Virus record (IMG/VR): IMGVR_UViG_3300025030_000126
Coordinates: 1-56,768 of that record
Origin: a virus
Lineage: Duplodnaviria; Caudoviricetes
Strand: one strand, 5' to 3'
Length of the DNA stretch: 56,768 nt
Shown here: in pieces, positions 37,573 to 45,569 of the stretch
Layout of the letters: every line of letters begins with the position of its first letter
Position numbering within the stretch: position 1 is the stretch's first letter
Notes under the pieces: generated by a model
Told to the model about the DNA's origin: nothing
The model's database searches: none
What the model saw: the letters and a program-made list of their open reading frames with translations, nothing else
Position numbers and translations under genes: made by a program

Positions 37573-39459
37573 ATGTTATACCGCATGCAGGACGCAAGGA
37601 AGATCAGAATCACCTTTGACCCGTTTGCCAAAGGGTTCACCCCGGAGCAACTGACCGATGCTCACTACCGCCTCACCTGTGACCCGAAACAGGCGCTGCT
37701 GATTCTGGAGTGCGCCGACATGGCCGACATGGACGCGGAGTACGGCGGCGAAGAGCAGACCTGCAACGGCTGTTCTGGCAACTGCGCGGGCTGCGGCAAT
37801 GCGCGGGACAACGGGATGGTTCTGGAGGCGGTGCGGGTTCGCTCCTTCTCCCGGACGGCACAGACCATGATGGCCCTCGCCAAGTCCCTGAACCGGTACA
37901 TGGCCGACAAGGGTCTGACGGTAGGAGAGGCCAACATCGGCAAGCCCCGGCAGTCCGGCATGTTCGCCACTGTGACGGTGCAGTTCCCTGTTTCGGACGG
38001 GCAGGCGATCACTATCGTTTTCCACTCCCCGGACAACAACAAGATGAAGATCACCGCCGCCGACGAGATACTGGCCTTCCGCTGGCTCTTGAACAAGCGG
38101 GACATCACCGTGGCCGTTTCCCCGGAAGGTGAAGCCGACGTGTCTCTGGAAGAAGTAGGCAAGCGCGTCGCCATGCTGGTAGAGAAGAACGCCAAGGTCT
38201 TCGCTTCCAAGTCCAAGGAGATAGCCGACCAGAAGACGGCGCTCGCCGACGTGCAGACTCAGGTTGCCACGGCGCAGGCCGAGAACCAGACCCTGATGGC
38301 GACCCTCACGGAGACTCAGGCGCAGGCGGAAACGCTCGACGGTGACATCCAAAAGGCGACCGAGCAGCTTACCAAGGTGCAGGCGTTCAACGCTGAACTT
38401 GAAACCCAGATCAGCTCCCTTCAGGCCGTGCAGAAGGGGAACGAGGGTAAAGCTCCGGGGGAAGGGGCGAAAACCCCGGAACAGGTGCAGGCCGAAGCGG
38501 ACGCGGCAATAATCACAGGTTCGGTTGATAAGTACGTTAATGAAATGTCCGGTAGAGGGTTCACTGTGAAGCCTCTAGGAGAAGGGCTGTCATTTCAGGG
38601 CGCGTCCTTTGATGACCCTTCTGGGGAGGCTGCTGGCGGGCTGGCATTGAGATCCTTTTACTATCCTTCGGGTAAGGGCGGCTTTACCGTGCAGGCTTCT
38701 CTTAATGCCGGGGCAGGCAAAGTTGCCGAAGACTCTGCCGAGTACACGGCCAAGTCGTTTGCGACACTCGATGGCATGTTTGCAAAAGCCCTCGCATGGA
38801 TAGACAAGAAACTGGCAGGGATGAAGAAGGCGGAAGCCGAGGTTGTCAACCCGCCTCTTGAAGTCCCTGTTGGGACGCCAAAGGAAAATAGTGTCTTCTT
38901 TGCAGAAGGACCAGTACGCAAAGGGTTATCCTCTACAGAAATAGACGCAGAAACACAAGCTTGGCTTAATAATGCCATGGGTGAGGCTACAGCCAAAGTC
39001 CGTAGTCTCAACCTACCGGCTGAATTCAACGAGCAGGTAGACCGATTTGAAAAATCAATCGGCAACGTAGTCACGCTGAATGACCAAAGAGTAGCCGATG
39101 ACGGCAATATGGTCTGGTTTATGATACGTAATGCACTCAAGATCGACGCCGCAGAAGTGGAGGATCGCGTTTATCAGTATCAAGTAGAGGTAATAGCCAG
39201 AATCAAAGACGCAGGAGATCAGGCGATACCGACCGACACCAACCCCGACCGCGCCGAAGAGAACGAGGCCGTCACCATCCTGAACGACATCATCGCCGGG
39301 GCCTATGCAACCAGTACCGAAATGGATGCGGCTCTTGACGAGGCGGCATCAGCACTGGAAGCCGCTGGGATGATGGACGACCCCGCAATCGACAAGCTGC
39401 TGAATGAAGCAGCCGATGCGCTTACGGTCAAGCTCCAAGCCGAATCGGCGGGGGTGTAA
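37573..39459 (+). CDS. darA: defence against restriction protein A (internal head protein)
   Basis: P.SDGQ.I.I.FHSP, AF..LLNK.D.T.V.P, LVEKN...F; C-terminal A..AL.AAG......L.N.AA..L...L....GV. Confidence 0.92.
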   Translation: MLYRMQDARKIRITFDPFAKGFTPEQLTDAHYRLTCDPKQALLILECADMADMDAEYGGEEQTCNGCSGNCAGCGNARDNGMVLEAVRVRSFSRTAQTMMALAKSLNRYMADKGLTVGEANIGKPRQSGMFATVTVQFPVSDGQAITIVFHSPDNNKMKITAADEILAFRWLLNKRDITVAVSPEGEADVSLEEVGKRVAMLVEKNAKVFASKSKEIADQKTALADVQTQVATAQAENQTLMATLTETQAQAETLDGDIQKATEQLTKVQAFNAELETQISSLQAVQKGNEGKAPGEGAKTPEQVQAEADAAIITGSVDKYVNEMSGRGFTVKPLGEGLSFQGASFDDPSGEAAGGLALRSFYYPSGKGGFTVQASLNAGAGKVAEDSAEYTAKSFATLDGMFAKALAWIDKKLAGMKKAEAEVVNPPLEVPVGTPKENSVFFAEGPVRKGLSSTEIDAETQAWLNNAMGEATAKVRSLNLPAEFNEQVDRFEKSIGNVVTLNDQRVADDGNMVWFMIRNALKIDAAEVEDRVYQYQVEVIARIKDAGDQAIPTDTNPDRAEENEAVTILNDIIAGAYATSTEMDAALDEAASALEAAGMMDDPAIDKLLNEAADALTVKLQAESAGV

Positions 39460-39460
39460 C

Positions 39461-40120
39461 ATGGCCCTTTCCTTTTCCGAGAGACGAAGCCTTCAAAAGA
39501 CCGTCATGACCAACCTCGCAGCCCTTGCGGCGGGGAAGGTCACCTTTTCCGACCGGCGCAGACTCCAGAAAGAAGTCATTGAGGCCATGGCGAAGTTGAA
39601 CGCCACGGCCCCGGCAGTAGTGACCGAAACGGGCAAGCAACCGTGGGAACTGACCTACAGCGTAATCAAGGACGCTCTGGACTTCATTGATTTGGCGGGC
39701 AGGGATAAGGCCGCGTCATTGATTGCAGCACTCTATCCTGAAAACGCTGATGAGACGTCACCCCGTCTTGATTTCACAAGCCTTTCAAGGAGGCACAAGG
39801 ATTCAATCAGGCAGGCACTCGCAGACGGCAAGACCGTCCCGCCTGAAGTCCTTGCTGAGTATGCAGAGTTTTCGCAAGTCAACCTCCCGCCCATCAACCA
39901 GAACCTCGCCGACCTTCAGTCGGGCAAGTTCGACAGTCTCGACCCTCTGGCCTTCCTTGGCAAGCTGAAGTCCATCGCCGACGCCATCAACGACATCGAA
40001 CCCCTGAAGGGTCCGGCCATCGCCTACATCGAGAAGAACAGTGACAAGGTGAACTCCATCATGGAGAGTGCCATGCACGAGGCTTTCGGGAAGCTCTGGA
40101 GCGCGGGCGCGGGGGCGTAG
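39461..40120 (+). CDS. ddrA: DdrA homolog with central insertion
   Basis: M.LS..E...L N-terminus and L..KF......AF.G.L C-terminal domain; follows darA. Confidence 0.78.
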   Translation: MALSFSERRSLQKTVMTNLAALAAGKVTFSDRRRLQKEVIEAMAKLNATAPAVVTETGKQPWELTYSVIKDALDFIDLAGRDKAASLIAALYPENADETSPRLDFTSLSRRHKDSIRQALADGKTVPPEVLAEYAEFSQVNLPPINQNLADLQSGKFDSLDPLAFLGKLKSIADAINDIEPLKGPAIAYIEKNSDKVNSIMESAMHEAFGKLWSAGAGA

Positions 40121-42685
40121 ATGCAAAAAACCATCTGTGTCGACTTCGACGGGGTAATCGCCGACTACAGCCAGGGCTTTCAAGGCAGGGAGGTATTTGG
40201 CGAGCCTTTGCACGGGGCGGGTTCCAGCATGGGGGCGCTCAAGGAGGATGGCTGGAGGGTCATCATCTTCACCACGCGCCCGAACACCCCCGCCTTGCGC
40301 GAGTACCTGCGCGAGAACGGCATCCCCTACGATTACATCAACGAGAATCCCGACCAGCCGAAGGGGGCCAATCCAGGGAAACCAATAGCCAGCGTCTACC
40401 TTGACGACCGCGCCTTTAGGTTCAAGGGGTGGGCCGATTTCCGCTATGCTCTTGACGCTATGGTGAAAGAAAAGATCCTGGAGTCTGCCGCTTCCGACGA
40501 CTGGCAGGGGCTAAAGCTGCTTTTGGAACCGTCACAGGCCCCCTTGATTTTAGAGGGTGCCATCACCCCGGACGACGACCTGCTCAACGAGTGGTGGGGT
40601 AAGATTTGGCCCCAGTATGAGGATGAGGGGTACACGAAAGACGAGATAAGGGGGTACATCCTTAGTGGCAACTGGGATGCCGACCATCTCCGCAACGACA
40701 TCGCCGAGCATGACGCCAAGTATGACGACGGCCCCGGTATTGTGCTTTCCGACAGTGCGGCGGAAGAGGCGCAGACCTACGCCGTCAAGGGTATTCGGAA
40801 CGCTCCCGACTTCGCTTCCCTGGCGTCGTGGTTCGCTTCCGCTTTCGACAACGGGCCAGCGGGGGAATTTACCGGTGTCTCGGACGCAGCACGGAACATT
40901 GACGCCGTTTGGTCGGTTGCCAACCGTCTAAAGACTTTACGCGCAATCCATGATGACGAAAACGCGGATATTGACGACCGACTGGAGGCGACCAAGGAAT
41001 TCAATACCATCGTGATCGACTATCAGATCGGCCTTGGAAATGGCGCGTTTATCTACAAGGACACCGTCACAAGGTTGACAGGCGTAGACGTCAGCAAACT
41101 CAAAATGCCGATTGAGGGAACCGTGTACGGCAACATGAAACTCGCCGCTTATCGTGATGAGGCTCAGAACGTATACGCCCGCGCAGGAGTGGCACCGCAG
41201 GCCGCACTCAGGAGGATCAAAGCCGCCAACGACGAAGTGACCCGCGCCACGGAAGAACTGAGCGCCAAGGTGACGCCGATCAACCAAGCATGGGATTCCC
41301 GACGTATAGCTATCCTCGATCAAAATAGTTACAAGGAGAAACAGCAGGAGATCAAGGATGTTGAGGCGGCGTTCAGGGCGAGGCGGGAGGAATTGGGCAA
41401 AGAGCGGCCCAAGGATTTCTCCTACGCTATCGGAGCCAACCAGGCGGATTACCTGCGGACCTACGAAGAATGGTCAGCGAAGATGCAGGCCATATGGGAT
41501 GAGCAGGGTGACGCACTCGGAAAGATCCGGGACGAGCTACGGGCGCTCTATGCCGCCGCCGAGCAAGAGGCAGGCGACATCAACGCGGAGACGGCCCCCT
41601 TCCTCGAAGAGTACAAGCGTTTCACCGACGCACAAAGTGCCGAGATAGCCGCAGCTCGTGCCGATATCGGCAAGATCAAGGAGCACGTTATTGCCGTTTC
41701 CCCTGTGTCGCAAGAGACCGCCGAGCAATGGTTCAAAGACATGGTGTTGATCCCCAAGAACATGCAAGCCAACTTAAAGAAACGCGGCTATGACATGGAG
41801 ACCTTGCAGCGGGACATGACGGAGTTCCATCGCCTCACGGGTGGGAGGCTCCCCCGTATCAGCTTTGAGACCAAAGGGGGTGGCAGGGCCGCAGCGCAGC
41901 CGGGGATAGGAGTGGTGTATGTGGCCGGTGACTTCCCGCGTCAAACCCTTTTCCATGAACTCGCTCATATCCTAGAAGACGACGAAAGGACCCGTATCAT
42001 AGCCAACAGTTTTCTTGACCAGAGAACCGGGAGACTGGAAGAACGGAAACTGAAAAGATTGTCCGAACTCACGGGGAACCCTGGCTATAAATCTAGCGAG
42101 GTAGCGTTCCCTGATAGTTTCGTCAATCCTTACGTGGGGAAACATTACAGCGACGGGGCAACCGAGGTCTTCTCTATGGGGATGCAGTATTTCTCTTCAC
42201 CGGAGGCTATGGCGACCTTACTGGAGAAGGACCCCGATCACTTCAACTTCATGCTGGGCTATGCCGCTACCTTGCCACGGATTGACAAGGCCAAAGTGGA
42301 GGCACAGCAAAAGGCCATGGGCGAAAAGAAGGATGCCTTGCAAACCTCAGAGGAGTTTTTAAAGTCCATCGACAAGAAAATCGCCAAGGCAGGGGATTTC
42401 TGGACTAAAGAGAATATTGGTATTATCAATGGCTATCGGAATACGTTCTTCGCGCAATATGATGGTCCTGACTATCACAAAGAGGGCGTGATTTCGCGCC
42501 ATCAAACGTGGTCAGTCAAGGGAGAAAAGAATATCAAGCGGGCTATCTGGATCTGGATTGCGGCAGGCAAGCCGATGAGCGGAGATTTCTACATTGATAA
42601 CCTAGTCAACGATGTATTCAGCCGAAAGAAGATAGAGATCACCGGCAGTTTTGCCAAAGACCCAGCCATACAGGGGGCGCTATGA
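40121..42685 (+). CDS. ddrB: DdrB-like polyvalent protein: HAD phosphatase + coiled coil + zincin metallopeptidase
   Basis: DFDGVI...FTTR...K...YLDDRA (HAD); RLTGG, HELAH, Y.GK.Y...ATEVFSM as in P1 DdrB C-terminus. Confidence 0.82.
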   Translation: MQKTICVDFDGVIADYSQGFQGREVFGEPLHGAGSSMGALKEDGWRVIIFTTRPNTPALREYLRENGIPYDYINENPDQPKGANPGKPIASVYLDDRAFRFKGWADFRYALDAMVKEKILESAASDDWQGLKLLLEPSQAPLILEGAITPDDDLLNEWWGKIWPQYEDEGYTKDEIRGYILSGNWDADHLRNDIAEHDAKYDDGPGIVLSDSAAEEAQTYAVKGIRNAPDFASLASWFASAFDNGPAGEFTGVSDAARNIDAVWSVANRLKTLRAIHDDENADIDDRLEATKEFNTIVIDYQIGLGNGAFIYKDTVTRLTGVDVSKLKMPIEGTVYGNMKLAAYRDEAQNVYARAGVAPQAALRRIKAANDEVTRATEELSAKVTPINQAWDSRRIAILDQNSYKEKQQEIKDVEAAFRARREELGKERPKDFSYAIGANQADYLRTYEEWSAKMQAIWDEQGDALGKIRDELRALYAAAEQEAGDINAETAPFLEEYKRFTDAQSAEIAAARADIGKIKEHVIAVSPVSQETAEQWFKDMVLIPKNMQANLKKRGYDMETLQRDMTEFHRLTGGRLPRISFETKGGGRAAAQPGIGVVYVAGDFPRQTLFHELAHILEDDERTRIIANSFLDQRTGRLEERKLKRLSELTGNPGYKSSEVAFPDSFVNPYVGKHYSDGATEVFSMGMQYFSSPEAMATLLEKDPDHFNFMLGYAATLPRIDKAKVEAQQKAMGEKKDALQTSEEFLKSIDKKIAKAGDFWTKENIGIINGYRNTFFAQYDGPDYHKEGVISRHQTWSVKGEKNIKRAIWIWIAAGKPMSGDFYIDNLVNDVFSRKKIEITGSFAKDPAIQGAL

Positions 42686-45243
42686 CCTACTTTCCCATTA
42701 CCCCCTACATCTTCGCAGTGGTAACTCTTGCTGGTACGGTTAAGATATCCTTTCCGGCAACCCAATGGGACATAGCAGTATCCCCGGAAACGGACGGCCC
42801 CGGCGCGGCCATTCTTGCGGGTTACTTGGCAGAGTACGGCATAGGTTTCAGGGGCCAGCTTTTCACTCTGGAAGCCGTTTCTCCCATGGACCTACACCAT
42901 GCCCTTCTGATGAACGCTACAACGCACCACGGCCCTCTCATAGTCTCCTTTGACGTGATAGGGTATGTTCCCGAAACGAACCCGGACGCCGAGGATGACA
43001 GCCGGTGGGCTGATGAAGAGGATGATGAGGACGATGGAAACATGGGGATCAGTGCGGTGCTGGAAAGCGCAATCGCAGAGGATTGGCGTGAGGAACTTTA
43101 TGCTGCCATGGCGGAAGACGGCCATTTATTTGAGTCTTCTGCTGAAGATAACGAATGGCGTCTCAAGCCGAGCGTACTGGGGCGGTTGCAGGGTAAAGCT
43201 TTACAGGAAGTCAGGGCACTTGGTTTCGATACCGAAGAAAGCGCCATAGTGATTGACGGTAGCGCTATCGCATATATCCGTACAAAACATGGCAATCAAC
43301 TCACTCAGGAGGATGAAAAATACCTCAAACTTGCGGTAACCCATCCTACGGAAATCTTGCCAAATATCGACAAGGGCGGATTCATGGGGGTGGGCCGCTC
43401 TAAGAGCGTCCTGATGATCTATCGTGGTGACAAGGATTACATGACGATTGTGGAGGTGGGGCCAAAGGACGGAACAAATGTAGTATGGAACTTTTGGAAG
43501 ATGAAGGGGGCCAAGGCGAGTAATTACTTGGCTAAATTTAGACAAGAAAAAGCCCGCATTCTTCAGTCTGGAGGGGCGACCATAGCTATCCCTCGTGTTC
43601 CTCCTACCAATGGAGGCAGTGGCAAACCGGAGGGTCTTCCCGGAAGTCAGACTGAAGAAGCGGGTTCTTCAGATTCAAAGGTATCAAAAGACGGCAAGCC
43701 TGTCAAGCCTATCCTCGAATCTGCCACAGCCGAAGAGGTACACGCCGCCGCTCACGAGGCCGCCACGAGTCACCTGAACGACCTCCCGGAGCCGACCGAA
43801 GCGCAGAAGCTGGTGGGGAAGTACAAGATGGGGCACGTCCGTATGCACGGGCTTGACATCACCATCGAGAACCCCAAGGGCTCCGAGCGTAAAGGGATCG
43901 ACCCGGACGGCAAGCCGTGGGCCGTCACCATGCCCTACCACTACGGCTACATCAAGGGAACGCTTGCCGTGGACGGCGACCACGTTGACTGCTGCATCGG
44001 GGATCACCCGGAGAGCGAGCTTGTTTTTGTGACGGACCAAGTAGACGCTAAAACTGGGCGCTATGATGAGGTGAAGTGCATCCTTGGCTGCCTCTCTCAG
44101 AAAGATGCTCATACCCTATTCATTTCTGGGTTCAGCGACAACAAGGGGGCGAAGCGGCTGGGGGCGATGACCGCGCTGCATATGCCGGACTTCAAGTCAT
44201 GGCTCTCCGGGGATACCACAAAGCCGCTTTCGGATGCGATTATGGAGGCGGCCTTCACCGAGTCCGAGTTACGAGAATGGGCGCAACGCTCCCCGCTTGC
44301 ATGGAAAGCCCGGATTCTTGACGCAGTATCCTTTGACGACATACAAGCGGCTTTCGCGCAGAAATGGCCGGGGGTCATCTCCCCGCCTGCTGCTGTCAGA
44401 TATAGGGGGATGGAGAACCTACACCCAACGGCAATGGCCGAAGTGGAGAAAGTGCTAGGCCAGATAGTGAACGATTTTGGACTGCCTGAGATCGGCGTTT
44501 CCGTGGGAACTGATAGCCGTAGGGCGCTGGGCACTGCAAGCTGGGGCGGTTTTTCGCTGAACAAAAAGTTTGAGAACAAGCCGCTAAATGAAATAGACAA
44601 GGAATTGCAGCTTCAGTACAGGTTAGGCTGGGTTACGGCGCACGAAGCCGGACATGTCATTGAACATATTATTGAGGATGCTCCCGATGTAAGGGGAGAA
44701 AAAAACCTTGGGTACCAGCGGGCTATAAGGAAAATCAAAGCCGATCAAGCCAAAGATACCAGCGCAGATGGTGGTACTGTTACGCTCTATGCTCAGAAAA
44801 ACAACAGCGAGTTTGTAGCAGAGCATTTTGCCGATGCGGTCATTAGGGGCGACAAGGCAAGCCCCTATTCCAAACTGGTATACCAGACACTAAAGGAGTG
44901 GTATGCCAAAAACAAATACAAAAGTTTCAGAGATGCCAGTAACGGGTACAAGCAAGAGCTGGATAAAGAGCGGGCGATTAAAGCCGAGAAACTTGCACGG
45001 GCCATAACCAAAGAGACTCTGCCCGGAAATGGCAGCATCGTAGAAGATAAATTCGGCAAGGAATATCTGGTTATGATGGCAAGGAACAGCATTGTCAATG
45101 TCGTGCCAATCATAGACGGTAAGGCGCAAGTCAACTCAGAGAGTCGGATTTCATTCAACATAGACCCCGGCTTTACACCGGCATCCGATCAAACTAGGAA
45201 CCAGCCATTATATACGACAGGACGTGACTATTATGCAGATTGA
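42682..45243 (+). CDS. polyvalent protein: Hxr-like N-terminus + PBECR-like nuclease + inorganic pyrophosphatase-like domain + zincin metallopeptidase
   Basis: Acidic-tailed N-domain in hxr position; I..S.I.YI..KHG; IENPKGS.R.G.D..GK.W...M..HYGYIKGT..DGDHVD; HEAGH...YA..N.SEFVAE. Confidence 0.8.
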   Translation: MTYFPITPYIFAVVTLAGTVKISFPATQWDIAVSPETDGPGAAILAGYLAEYGIGFRGQLFTLEAVSPMDLHHALLMNATTHHGPLIVSFDVIGYVPETNPDAEDDSRWADEEDDEDDGNMGISAVLESAIAEDWREELYAAMAEDGHLFESSAEDNEWRLKPSVLGRLQGKALQEVRALGFDTEESAIVIDGSAIAYIRTKHGNQLTQEDEKYLKLAVTHPTEILPNIDKGGFMGVGRSKSVLMIYRGDKDYMTIVEVGPKDGTNVVWNFWKMKGAKASNYLAKFRQEKARILQSGGATIAIPRVPPTNGGSGKPEGLPGSQTEEAGSSDSKVSKDGKPVKPILESATAEEVHAAAHEAATSHLNDLPEPTEAQKLVGKYKMGHVRMHGLDITIENPKGSERKGIDPDGKPWAVTMPYHYGYIKGTLAVDGDHVDCCIGDHPESELVFVTDQVDAKTGRYDEVKCILGCLSQKDAHTLFISGFSDNKGAKRLGAMTALHMPDFKSWLSGDTTKPLSDAIMEAAFTESELREWAQRSPLAWKARILDAVSFDDIQAAFAQKWPGVISPPAAVRYRGMENLHPTAMAEVEKVLGQIVNDFGLPEIGVSVGTDSRRALGTASWGGFSLNKKFENKPLNEIDKELQLQYRLGWVTAHEAGHVIEHIIEDAPDVRGEKNLGYQRAIRKIKADQAKDTSADGGTVTLYAQKNNSEFVAEHFADAVIRGDKASPYSKLVYQTLKEWYAKNKYKSFRDASNGYKQELDKERAIKAEKLARAITKETLPGNGSIVEDKFGKEYLVMMARNSIVNVVPIIDGKAQVNSESRISFNIDPGFTPASDQTRNQPLYTTGRDYYAD

Positions 45244-45484
45244 AACCGACGAGCATGGCTCAGTTACGCATGGCCCGACTTTCAGTGCAGACGAACTTAT
45301 CCAATTGCAGGCGTTTAAGGACGAAATGGACGCAGCATATCCTCACGACGATGGCTCCAAGTGGAGTAATGAGGCTACACCTGTCAGGGTGAAATACAAC
45401 GGGATATTGACTGTGGGGCTCATCCCCGACGATGACATGGTTCATATCCCCATAACGCCCTACGTTTTCCCTCTTAGGGGATAA
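45233..45484 (+). CDS. small acidic hypothetical protein
   Basis: AGGA RBS, overlaps end of upstream gene. Confidence 0.6.
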   Translation: MQIETDEHGSVTHGPTFSADELIQLQAFKDEMDAAYPHDDGSKWSNEATPVRVKYNGILTVGLIPDDDMVHIPITPYVFPLRG

Positions 45485-45569
45485 CGGCATAGAATAAGCG
45501 TGGACTTTCCTTGCAGTTTTGACATACAATGCCGTCGCAATTCGACCGTCATAAAGGAGCGTCCACGCA

